Counted from the stretch's first letter, positions 42,135 to 51,286 are shown. The stretch: DNA of 61,044 bases from a virus (IMGVR_UViG_3300042569_003025:1-61044); one strand, 5' to 3'. Numbers and translations are program-made. Notes: generated from the sequence alone by a model not told the origin.

Positions 42135-42263
42135 TCATAACTTGGTATGAACGAAATAATATTTAAAACTTTCACTTGCTAAACTTTCTCGTTCTCTTGA
42201 CTCTGTGTGTCTTCTAAGAATAGCATAAAAATATTTATCTTTGTGCAGGAAAAACGAAGAATG
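42135..42263 (-). pseudogene. start-less remnant resembling the C-terminus of the LRR protein (20641..22398)
   Basis: Minus-strand frame reads ...ESRERESLASESFKYYFVHTKL*, versus ESRKRNILKSESFHYYFYNKE in the LRR ORF. Confidence 0.45.
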
Positions 42264-42292
42264 TCATCCAGTCTTTTTTAATAAGTAAAGTT

Positions 42293-44479
42293 ATGCAATT
42301 CAAATCTTTTTTCAAAATTTTTATAAACGAAAATTGGACCAAGCGAGTAAGTTCTAAAGATTTTAGAAAAATATTAACAAAGTATGCAAATGTTCCAGAT
42401 GCAATGTATTCATTCCGAAGCTATATAAACAAAAGCGCAGGAGTTCAAGTTCAAAAGATTAATCCAATGATTGGTATTAATCCGAAAAACTCTTATAGCA
42501 CACCAACTGGAATATATGGTTATCCCGTTGAAGAAACATTGGACAAAGCATTATTGAATATTTTGGAATTTGCTAGTGATCGTCCTATTTTAGTAGTTTA
42601 TAAACCTAAAAAAAATGCATTTGTAGTTCGGGCATCTACTTTCTCCGAAGAACAATTAAGGGAAAAAAAGTTTCTTCTGGCAGACCTTTTAAATAGCTCA
42701 TTTGAACAGATACAAGAAATTGCAAATTTAAATATAGTTAGTGCATATAAAAAGAATCCTGCACAAGAAATATGGAGTTTAACAAGATTGTTATCTAAAC
42801 AAAAAGTAAATGCTTGGGCAAAATTATTAATTGATATCGGATGTCCAATTTTTATTGATGATATTGGTAGTGGATTTATTCATCCAAGTGAACCAATTCA
42901 ATGCGTTGTATTTGGAAGACAATTTGTGGAGATAGTTGATGTTGTTGAAAATTTGAAATTAACTCCGGAAACAAATGAAAAAGATGACACTTTAAAAAAT
43001 CTTTATATTCAAATAAACAAAATCCAAAATTCACCAATTTATCGTGAAGGAGATGTTGAGTTACTTGAAAAATATTCTCGTAGAAAAAATGCATTGTTAA
43101 TGAACCTTCAGCCTTTCATCATTGAACAAAAATTAAATCTGTGGGAATGGATTTATACATCAACCAGTTTACCCGTGGAAAATTTAAAAGTGGAAAAGAC
43201 TGCATTATCTTTGGAAACAACTAATAGACCAGAAATTTTAAAAATAATAAATAAAATTATTATTATATCAGGCAGAGATTATAGCCCTTCTATCTCACCA
43301 GAATTTTTTCAAAGAGAAGGGTTATTTTTAGATTTTTTATTAGAATCTTTGGATCTGAATAATAAAATTAAAAATCTCATATTTTTATTGGAAAAAGTCG
43401 GATTTGATTTACGACTTGTAAAAAGACCGTCAAATAGAGAAAAATTCCAAAAGATAATAAAAGATAATAAAACTAAAATATTAAATTATTTAGAAAATTA
43501 TTTTGAAGAAAATTCTGATTTGAATGTAGAAACAGAAATCGGAAAATTATTATTTATTATGAATAATAATTCAATACATTCAGAAAGTGTTTTTCAAATA
43601 TTATCAAAAATGAAACCGGGTGATATGGATTTTGTTAGTTATGTATTAAAATCCTTATCAACAACTTTAGATTTTTTAAGCAGTGAAAACAAAAATTGGA
43701 AAATTGATTTAGAAAAAGAAAATAAAAAAGTATACAATAGAATAAAACTTTTAATTGAAAAATATTCGGATGTTAATGTAAAAAGTTATTTTCATGCAAC
43801 CCATTTATCTAGTAATCAAATGTGTGAAAAAATATTTGATGAAGATGATAGTGGAGTCAGCACCCGAATGAATTTTATGAAAAAAATGTTAATTGAGTTT
43901 CCATTCAATTCCCAAAGCAGTGTAATTTTATTCAATTTGTTGGCACTAGATAACTCATTAAATCAACACTCAAAAGAAAGTGGTAGCGTACTTGACGGAA
44001 CCGATTTAGGAAACATTTTAACACAAAAATTAATAGATGAAAATTTAACAAATCATATCACAGAATTAATTGGAAAAGGATTTATGGAAATGTACAGTTA
44101 TTGGAGAGAAAAGGGAGGTCGTTTGCCAAGAATTATTACTGAATTTGATAACACTGGTATATTCAATGATGATGAATTGAAAAACTTTTTAACAACTGAA
44201 AATCTCAAAGAATTAATTAATCACTTGTATATCAACAGCGATTGGTTTGAGGGACTATCCCATAATTATAATACAAAAGGAGAAACTTATGCAGAAAAAT
44301 TAATTTATAGTTTAGAAAATAACTTGTATTCTTGGGCTAATCCAATGATAGAAAATCATATGGGCAATAATCTGTTCACGAAAAAATTCATAACTAAATT
44401 AATGTTAAACAACAAGGAAAAAATATTAGAAAACGTAAAAGACAGTGATTTTACAAATGGTTATGAACTTAAAATATAA
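42293..44479 (+). CDS. tandem paralog 1: conserved ~200-aa N-terminal domain plus variable helical C-terminus
   Basis: SFR...GINPKNSYSTPTGIYGYP...FASDRPILVVYKPK...DDIGSGFIHPSEPIQCVVFG. Confidence 0.7.
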   Translation: MQFKSFFKIFINENWTKRVSSKDFRKILTKYANVPDAMYSFRSYINKSAGVQVQKINPMIGINPKNSYSTPTGIYGYPVEETLDKALLNILEFASDRPILVVYKPKKNAFVVRASTFSEEQLREKKFLLADLLNSSFEQIQEIANLNIVSAYKKNPAQEIWSLTRLLSKQKVNAWAKLLIDIGCPIFIDDIGSGFIHPSEPIQCVVFGRQFVEIVDVVENLKLTPETNEKDDTLKNLYIQINKIQNSPIYREGDVELLEKYSRRKNALLMNLQPFIIEQKLNLWEWIYTSTSLPVENLKVEKTALSLETTNRPEILKIINKIIIISGRDYSPSISPEFFQREGLFLDFLLESLDLNNKIKNLIFLLEKVGFDLRLVKRPSNREKFQKIIKDNKTKILNYLENYFEENSDLNVETEIGKLLFIMNNNSIHSESVFQILSKMKPGDMDFVSYVLKSLSTTLDFLSSENKNWKIDLEKENKKVYNRIKLLIEKYSDVNVKSYFHATHLSSNQMCEKIFDEDDSGVSTRMNFMKKMLIEFPFNSQSSVILFNLLALDNSLNQHSKESGSVLDGTDLGNILTQKLIDENLTNHITELIGKGFMEMYSYWREKGGRLPRIITEFDNTGIFNDDELKNFLTTENLKELINHLYINSDWFEGLSHNYNTKGETYAEKLIYSLENNLYSWANPMIENHMGNNLFTKKFITKLMLNNKEKILENVKDSDFTNGYELKI

Positions 44480-44494
44480 AAAGTAAGTAAAGAT

Positions 44495-46681
44495 ATGAAA
44501 TTACTTTTTAAAGAATTTTTCTCGTTTTTTTCCGAAAACTTTGAAAATAGAGAACGTCGAATGAACTCTTCAGATTTCTTGTATAGTTTTTTACAAAAAT
44601 ATAAAAACGAGGAATATTTATTTTTTAGTTTTCGGGATGTTGTAAAGCAACCTGTAGGAAGCGAAAAGGAACTTGTTGATTTTAATCCAAGTATTGGTAT
44701 TAATCCGAAAAGCAAATACAATACTCCAAACGGAATATACGGTTATCCATTTTATAACATGGAAAACGAAGTTAAACAAGGTAAGATTCCTTTTGCAAGT
44801 AATCGCCCAATTGTGGTGGTTTATAAACCAAAACCCGGAGTAAAAGTAACAACTCCAAGAAATTTCTTGGAACCTGAATACAACTTCTCTATTGAAAAAT
44901 TAGGAAAAATGTTTAATCTTTCTGAAGAAGAAATTGAAAGTATGTTTCTTTTCGATATTGATCCAGATTATCAAAACACTTATTTGCAAAAAATCTGGAG
45001 CTTAACCCGATTTTTATCAAATAAAAATCCCAATAAATGGGCAAAATTATTAGTGGACCTTGATTTACCAATTATTCTTGATGACAGTGGCAGCGGATTT
45101 ATTCATCCTGGAGAACCACATCAAGTTGTTGCATTTGGTAGAAAATATCTGCAAGTATTAGATGTTAGTGAAAAGTACAAACTGGAAACTTCTCCAACAA
45201 CATTTTTACAGAATAATTTTAAAAATTTAAGTAAACACCTTCGAATAAAAGATGGAAATGTTTTGTATAATGAACATGCCGTAGAATTTTATAATCACAA
45301 AAGAAAATTATTGTATCGTTCCACAAGTTTAAATGAAATACCAATAGATTCTTGGCGAGAAACTATTGAAATATTCATAAGTTTTATTGACGCTGCATTG
45401 CCGAGTGCATCAAAAGAAGTTTTACTGGAAACTGTAAGTTTCTTATTATTAGATTTTGAAAAAAATTATATCATTTCATTAATCAATAAAGATACAAATT
45501 CTAGTTTATATAATTATTATCAATTGGAAACATACTTGCTTGCACACTATCATAAATCAAATTTTATGAGTGAAGATTTAGAAACGTTTTTAAGAAAAAT
45601 TAACAAAAATAAAAGTATGGAATTGTTCCAAATTTTTGATTATTCAGAATTAAATAATCTTTTAACTGATTCTATAAAATTAAAAACTTTGGATTATTCA
45701 AAATTAGAAAATCAATTCCTTCAAAGATTATTCAAGGATTCCAAAAATCTTATGAGTTTCTTAAACTCTTGTAATCGCTTGTATTCCATGGAAAGTTTCC
45801 AAAAAGAATTTTCTATTTTTATTAGCACTCTAAAAGATATTTTCACAAATAAGGAGTTTAAAAATTTCCAGAAAAACATTTTCAAAAGTATATTAACTAC
45901 AAATGATGGAAGTGCATACTATCTAAAAATAAAAGATGAGAATAGTTTTCTTAACAAAAGCGGAATAAATCTATTAGGAATAAAAGATCAGGAAAAGCAA
46001 CACATTATAAATGAAACTATAAAAGAAATTATAAATTCTGCAAAAGAAATCGCAAAAGATTTAGATAATATAAAAGGGAAAAACGTTTCAGATGAGGAAT
46101 ATCAGAATATTAAAGATAAACAAAAAGAAAAAAGAGATGCAATAAAAAATCTAGTATATACTGTAGTGGAAAATTTCTTTCAAGAATTTAAAAAAACGAA
46201 AAAACTAGATCGTGAAAATCTAAGATTCTTTAATCAGAATATAAAATCATTTTTAAGTATTCCGGTGCGATATGATTCCCTACAACAAATGGAAGATTTA
46301 TACAGTAATACAAAATGGAATATTGGATATAATATGGAAAATGATTATTTTATATTAATGGATTTATTAAATTATATCTTTCGTAATTTGTCTACTTTAA
46401 AAGAAGATGGCGTTTCTTTCTTGGAAATTTTTATTCTTGTAAAAGGAACTGCATCATTCAAAGTTAATGTGCGGGAAAGAATAAAAAACTTATCAATGGT
46501 AGAAATGCAAAATCTTTTCAATTTTATTAAAAATAACCAACAGCTTGATAGAGCAAATATATTCAAAATTATATTAATGATGATGAACAGCAGATTTAAT
46601 AATGATTATTCTTATCTTTCACCAAGTAGTCGTGAATTTGAAAAAGAAGTAAGGGAGTTATACATAAATGAATATAATTGA
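44495..46681 (+). CDS. tandem paralog 2
   Basis: SFR...GINPKSKYNTPNGIYGYP...FASNRPIVVVYKPK...DDSGSGFIHPGEPHQVVAFG. Confidence 0.7.
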   Translation: MKLLFKEFFSFFSENFENRERRMNSSDFLYSFLQKYKNEEYLFFSFRDVVKQPVGSEKELVDFNPSIGINPKSKYNTPNGIYGYPFYNMENEVKQGKIPFASNRPIVVVYKPKPGVKVTTPRNFLEPEYNFSIEKLGKMFNLSEEEIESMFLFDIDPDYQNTYLQKIWSLTRFLSNKNPNKWAKLLVDLDLPIILDDSGSGFIHPGEPHQVVAFGRKYLQVLDVSEKYKLETSPTTFLQNNFKNLSKHLRIKDGNVLYNEHAVEFYNHKRKLLYRSTSLNEIPIDSWRETIEIFISFIDAALPSASKEVLLETVSFLLLDFEKNYIISLINKDTNSSLYNYYQLETYLLAHYHKSNFMSEDLETFLRKINKNKSMELFQIFDYSELNNLLTDSIKLKTLDYSKLENQFLQRLFKDSKNLMSFLNSCNRLYSMESFQKEFSIFISTLKDIFTNKEFKNFQKNIFKSILTTNDGSAYYLKIKDENSFLNKSGINLLGIKDQEKQHIINETIKEIINSAKEIAKDLDNIKGKNVSDEEYQNIKDKQKEKRDAIKNLVYTVVENFFQEFKKTKKLDRENLRFFNQNIKSFLSIPVRYDSLQQMEDLYSNTKWNIGYNMENDYFILMDLLNYIFRNLSTLKEDGVSFLEIFILVKGTASFKVNVRERIKNLSMVEMQNLFNFIKNNQQLDRANIFKIILMMMNSRFNNDYSYLSPSSREFEKEVRELYINEYN

Positions 46682-46714
46682 ACTATAATATAAAATTATA
46701 AATAATTCTTATCC

Positions 46715-48289
46715 ATGAAAGATTCCTTGAATATTTTTTCCTTTTCCGGTTATTATTATAATTTTTTATTAAATGAGAATCGGGACAAGCGAGCAGAAAG
46801 TCGAAGTTATAAAAATTTTATATTAAAATATAAGGATGTGGAAAACGCTATGTATAGTTTTCGGGATTATGTGTCAAATAACAAAACAGAAAAACTTAAT
46901 CCTCTCGTTGGAATAAATCCAAAAACAGCATATTCTACTCCTATTGGAATTTATGGTTATCCCTTAAAAGAAACAATTTCTAAATTAGAAAAAAACTCTT
47001 TGGAATTTGCAAGTGATCGTCCAATTGTTGTGGTTTATAAACCAAAAGCAGGAATTCCTGTAGCTAGAACATCAACTTTTTCTAGAAAAGATTTAAATGA
47101 AAAATTAGAAAAATTAACAACTATTTTTCAGAATTCACCTTTTTATGAAAAATATAATTCTCCGACTGAAATAAATTATACCCTATGCGAAATCTGGGAA
47201 ACTTTTATACAAGCTGAAATAAAACCAAATTATAGAAAGAATCCTCTTCAAACGCTTTGGAGCATTGTTAGAATTTTATGCGATGAAAATATTCATAAAT
47301 GGGCGAAAATTATGATTAACCTTGGAATTCCTATAATCATTGATGATATTGAAAGCGGAACAATTCACTATAATGAACCAACTCAATGTGTAGTTTTTGG
47401 AAAAAGATTCGTTGATATAATTGGTGTTTGGGAAAAACCAACGGATGAATCATCGGAAAAAATAAAAGCTAGATGGAAGAGTTTAATTCGCAACCTGGAA
47501 CTTAGTAAAAATGATAAGGATTTTAATTATTGGTCATTACAAATTTTACAATTTTTTAAACATTCTCAAAATTTTACAATAACTGAAATTTCTAAAATGA
47601 TTTATAAATTACAAAGCATTATTAGTAATTTCTCAGAAAATCAAATAGAAACTTTTCAAAAAATGATAGAAACCTTATTAGACCGAAATTACTCATATCA
47701 TGAAAAGGAACAACTATTAGATGTTATAAGACAAACTGCGGCTTTTTATATTGACCCAACAGATTATGCATGGTCTTTTGTAAAATTCTGTGCGGATTAT
47801 CTTTTCAAAAAAGCAGAAATAAAAGATATCGAAAATCTATGGACATTTTTATTAAAAAATGATTTTAATGATTTTGATAAATTTCGGGAAAATTTTAAAT
47901 ATCATCCGGATGATATAGTGTCAGGAGAAACTTATTTTATATTAAAAATAAAAGCCCTTTTAAAAGATAAAGATATTTTGGAAAAAATAAGAGAAAAGAC
48001 ATTATCATTTTTAATTCTTAATTATAGTCATAGAACAAATTATAATTTGGAAAAACTAATTCTTTTCTATTTTAGAATTCTAGGAATAAAAAGTGCAAAG
48101 GAAACTCTTCACTTAACTAAAGCTATAAGATATAGCAGATCATATAAAGGTAGAGAGTTATTAAGAGTCTTTTTAACAATTCCGAAAAATGAAAAAATGA
48201 AAAATGAAACTTTAGCATTAGCAAAAGAAGACGACGATTCAACCTTATTAAAATTTTTAGAAAACATTCTCGTTCAAGAAGAAACATGA
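46715..48289 (+). CDS. tandem paralog 3
   Basis: SFR...GINPKTAYSTPIGIYGYP...FASDRPIVVVYKPK...DDIESGTIHYNEPTQCVVFG. Confidence 0.7.
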   Translation: MKDSLNIFSFSGYYYNFLLNENRDKRAESRSYKNFILKYKDVENAMYSFRDYVSNNKTEKLNPLVGINPKTAYSTPIGIYGYPLKETISKLEKNSLEFASDRPIVVVYKPKAGIPVARTSTFSRKDLNEKLEKLTTIFQNSPFYEKYNSPTEINYTLCEIWETFIQAEIKPNYRKNPLQTLWSIVRILCDENIHKWAKIMINLGIPIIIDDIESGTIHYNEPTQCVVFGKRFVDIIGVWEKPTDESSEKIKARWKSLIRNLELSKNDKDFNYWSLQILQFFKHSQNFTITEISKMIYKLQSIISNFSENQIETFQKMIETLLDRNYSYHEKEQLLDVIRQTAAFYIDPTDYAWSFVKFCADYLFKKAEIKDIENLWTFLLKNDFNDFDKFRENFKYHPDDIVSGETYFILKIKALLKDKDILEKIREKTLSFLILNYSHRTNYNLEKLILFYFRILGIKSAKETLHLTKAIRYSRSYKGRELLRVFLTIPKNEKMKNETLALAKEDDDSTLLKFLENILVQEET

Positions 48290-48579
48290 AAAACACACGG
48301 ATAGGTGTTTTCGGAAAAACTATAAAAAAAATTTTTAAAAAAGGCTTTTTCTAATTTGTGAATACAAAAATCAGAAAAATAAAAAGTCCCTTTTATAAGC
48401 GGGGTTTGCGAATATATAAAAATAAAAAGCATATGGATGCGAATATATAAAAATATATAAAAAATAAAAAAGTGCATTTGCGGCCCGTCCCCCCTAACCG
48501 TTAGTCACCCTTCTAACACAATTTTCCACGACTTTGTTAGGTTTTCTCTAACTTTCTCTAACATATTCTTATATTAACC

Positions 48580-48620
48580 AAAAACAAACCCCGCAAAGTC
48601 TTTTAACCTTGCGGGGTTTG
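48580..48620 (-). terminator. intrinsic terminator of the DUF932 operon
   Basis: Stem caaaccccgcaa / ttgcggggtttg, followed by a T-run on the minus strand. Confidence 0.8.
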
Positions 48621-48622
48621 CC

Positions 48623-48643
48623 CTAACTAACTAACTAACTAAC
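48623..48643. repeat. (CTAA)5 microsatellite
   Basis: ctaactaactaactaactaac. It reads TAG in all three minus-strand frames. Confidence 0.85.
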
Positions 48644-48866
48644 CAGAATTCTTTTCGGCATGTCCAAACCCGAATGCCCGCCTAACTGGAATCAGCAAAG
48701 TGAAGCTAGGGTGGGATTCGTCCACCACAACTGCATCAGCTATTGGAGATTCAGCTAGGGAGTATACTCCTAACTTCTTGAGTAGCTTGGCCATTGCCTG
48801 CTCCCGATTGTCTGCGGGAATGTTCCACGTTCCGCCGCTTGGATTAGAAAAAGAGAAAAGAATCAT
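48639..48866 (-). CDS. hypothetical protein
   Basis: 75 aa, abutting the upstream ORF stop. Confidence 0.55.
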   Translation of the reverse strand: MILFSFSNPSGGTWNIPADNREQAMAKLLKKLGVYSLAESPIADAVVVDESHPSFTLLIPVRRAFGFGHAEKNSG

Positions 48867-49448
48867 TTAGAATTTCCTCCCATCTTCAAGAATTGTCAGG
48901 AAACGTCCGCGAGGATTGCGCCATGCGGCGAACGGTACGCCATCGGAATCAAAAGCCACCGTGTAAAAACCGCAGTCCGGTTCAATTCCTAACTCCCTCA
49001 GCATCCGGTCATTAGCAAGATTATCCATCCCGCCCTCCATTTGTGAGAGCGTGCCGGAATCATTCAGTTTCGTTCTATTGCTAATAACCTCTTGATCAAA
49101 AAGTTTCTCTAACTTTTTGTTCGGCAACGCTTGCCACACGCCCAACACGTTATTCTTCAAAAGGAAATGCAATTGTTTCCTTTTTGTCCGAAGGCAAAAG
49201 CGTTTGCCAGTGAGGGGATTAACTGGCATGTCACATTGCCGACTCCCAACCGGAAGTTTCGAATGGTTAGTCTTTCCGTTAATCTTTCTGATCTTTTTCT
49301 TTTCTGCGGATTGCCTTTCCTTGTAGAATGGATGATCAAAATGGCTAGGAATCCTAACCTTTCCAGTTTTCTTTGGAATCCGTTTGAACCAATCTTTGTC
49401 AGGGGCAAAACCACCGTTTTTGATCAAAATCTTGATATTGTCTTTCAT
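48867..49448 (-). CDS. hypothetical basic protein
   Basis: 193 aa, K/R-rich, A-rich leader. Confidence 0.6.
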   Translation of the reverse strand: MKDNIKILIKNGGFAPDKDWFKRIPKKTGKVRIPSHFDHPFYKERQSAEKKKIRKINGKTNHSKLPVGSRQCDMPVNPLTGKRFCLRTKRKQLHFLLKNNVLGVWQALPNKKLEKLFDQEVISNRTKLNDSGTLSQMEGGMDNLANDRMLRELGIEPDCGFYTVAFDSDGVPFAAWRNPRGRFLTILEDGRKF

Positions 49449-49484
49449 TTAGTCTGTTTGGTTTAGTTAGTTGGAGTCTGGAAG

Positions 49485-49535
49485 CTCCCCGCAACCATCA
49501 GCTAGTGTTTATCCTAACTGATGGTTGAACGGGAG
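49485..49535 (-). terminator. intergenic hairpin (terminator or processing site)
   Basis: ctccc..caaccatcag pairs with ctgatggttg..gggag immediately after the DUF932 stop. Confidence 0.55.
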
Positions 49536-49546
49536 TCTCCTAACCT

Positions 49547-50590
49547 TTAAGCCATGGCGAGGGTTTTATCCCTAAATAGCTTTTCCCCACGTTCTTTTGT
49601 TTCCATATACTTTTCCTCGTCAAGGAGGAAAGTTAGGAAACTCTCTTTGTGCCTTGCAGCAGCACCGAATTGACTAACCGTTTGACGTTCACTTTCCGTT
49701 GCTTTCTTACCTCCGGCACCGTCTCCACTGGTGAAGTATTCCGTAAACCCGTTGAATAAATCATAACGGTTAGCGCCGTGATTGCCTTTTCCTTTCCTGA
49801 AAAGGTGTTTAATCGGTTCAATCCGATTGAACGAACGGGTGGACATTTCCGTGTCCTCTTCATCAGTGAAGAAACCTGCTAGGACACTGTCAACTTCGTC
49901 GCCACTGACAACATAGTTGAGGAGATATCCCATGCTTTCCATCACTTTTTCCCTAGCAAGAAGCACCATCTGGAGGTAATCAGCTAGGTTATTAATCTGT
50001 AGGGCAGCATTCTTTGTGTGAGGAATGCTAATGTTTAGTGCTCCTTCATAGAAACGGGAAGCATTAAACGTGTTCATACAGACAATCCTAACCATACTGT
50101 CCCGAGTGTCGAACATCAGGGTGCCATCGTGTGCCGTTAGGCAGTTCAAGTATGCCTTGAACTTGTCACCGTTAGGTGCCTTCAGGTTACTGTCTAGCAA
50201 ATCCATACTAATGAAGAACTTTTTCATATTCTCCAAAGTGCCCGCCGTTGTGACTTTTACGCCACTAACGTCAGCGATTGCTGCACTAACCATATTCCAA
50301 ATCTCCCGATTGCTAATCGGACGATAGGATTTTTTGGGAGTGTGTAAGGGCACCCACCCCACTTCACCGTTCCGCTGACGAATATCAGCTAGAACAGTTT
50401 GATAGGATTCCAGTTGAATAATCTGCCCGTCCTCAGTTTGGACGGACGGTTTACCACAAACGATAGGAAAAAGCAAATCATGCTTTTCCATAATTTCGGT
50501 ATTGATAACCTCTTCAACTTGTGCCTTGCAATGCCACTCCGGTCCTTGAATAGAGACGACGGTATCGTGTTCCATAATCATGTCAGCCAT
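49547..50590 (-). CDS. DUF932-family phage/plasmid protein
   Basis: 'WH', 'Y.PI.N.E', 'TAGTL', 'YL....AHDGT', 'VRIVCMNT', 'HTKN', 'YDLFNGFTEY'. Confidence 0.85.
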   Translation of the reverse strand: MADMIMEHDTVVSIQGPEWHCKAQVEEVINTEIMEKHDLLFPIVCGKPSVQTEDGQIIQLESYQTVLADIRQRNGEVGWVPLHTPKKSYRPISNREIWNMVSAAIADVSGVKVTTAGTLENMKKFFISMDLLDSNLKAPNGDKFKAYLNCLTAHDGTLMFDTRDSMVRIVCMNTFNASRFYEGALNISIPHTKNAALQINNLADYLQMVLLAREKVMESMGYLLNYVVSGDEVDSVLAGFFTDEEDTEMSTRSFNRIEPIKHLFRKGKGNHGANRYDLFNGFTEYFTSGDGAGGKKATESERQTVSQFGAAARHKESFLTFLLDEEKYMETKERGEKLFRDKTLAMA

Positions 50591-50763
50591 AATTTTATTT
50601 TAGTTAGAGTTAGTAGTTTTGGTTTCTTGAATAGTCACCCCATTTCAGGCCGCACACCATGCGGAAAGGGCGACTAACAGAAAGATGAGAAAGAACATTT
50701 CGGGCAGCACCGGGGATGCTTCCCCCAGTCGTTTTCCGCATCGCTTGTTTCGGCGACGCCATA

Positions 50764-50792
50764 CCCATAAGCGAGCATCCAGAACATTGCAA
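50764..50792 (-). promoter_or_regulatory. sigma70-like promoter with A-tract UP element
   Basis: TTGCAA-17 nt-TATGGG, preceded by aaaaaagagaaaaaag. Confidence 0.45.
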
Positions 50793-51115
50793 CCACTTTT
50801 TTCTCTTTTTTCAATCTTTTCGTTTTTTCCTGATTTTGGGCCGGAAATGCCCTTTTTAGAGGGGGAGGGGTGGGGGCGCTGTAGTCACCCCTCTCGTCAC
50901 TCTCCCCGCGTTTCTGGGGCATTCTGAGGGCATTCTGGACTTTCCGGGATTGTTTCCGGAGATTGCCTTTTCCACAATCTGATTTAATCCACTTTTTCTT
51001 TTTTTGTAATTGACAAGTTTTCCTCCTAACAGTTTCCAATCAATTATCAATTTGTTTTTCTTTTTCTCTTTTTCTGATTTTCTTTTTGACAACTCCCCTT
51101 CCCTCTCCACTGTAA

Positions 51116-51255
51116 CGTTACCTCTTGAAGGTAATGGCGGAGAGTCTCGACCGCAACCAACTTTGGAAAAGACAATCAGGACGAACAGGACGTTAGACTC
51201 CGAGGGTAGAGGACCAGAGCCTGCCCAAGTGGGAATGCCCAATTTGGGGTCCATG
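51116..51255 (-). ncRNA. candidate structured small RNA
   Basis: GC-rich island in T-rich DNA with several stems (ttacc/ggtaa, gcgg/ccgc, ggacc/ggtcc), directly downstream of a consensus promoter. Confidence 0.3.
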
Positions 51256-51257
51256 AC

Positions 51258-51286
51258 AACCTACGCCCCCTAACACTTTTTGTCAA
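51258..51286 (-). promoter_or_regulatory. sigma70-like promoter
   Basis: TTGACA-17 nt-TAGGTT with an upstream A-tract. Confidence 0.65.

Noticed and set aside
50858-50920. G-quadruplex
   Set aside because: Only three closely spaced G-runs, and downstream C-runs can pair with them as a hairpin; too weak to call.
50610-51273. Several overlapping ORFs (50610, 50674, 50685, 50856, 51010)
   Set aside because: Low-complexity translations of A/T tracts and hairpins that run through promoter elements; the region is more plausibly non-coding.
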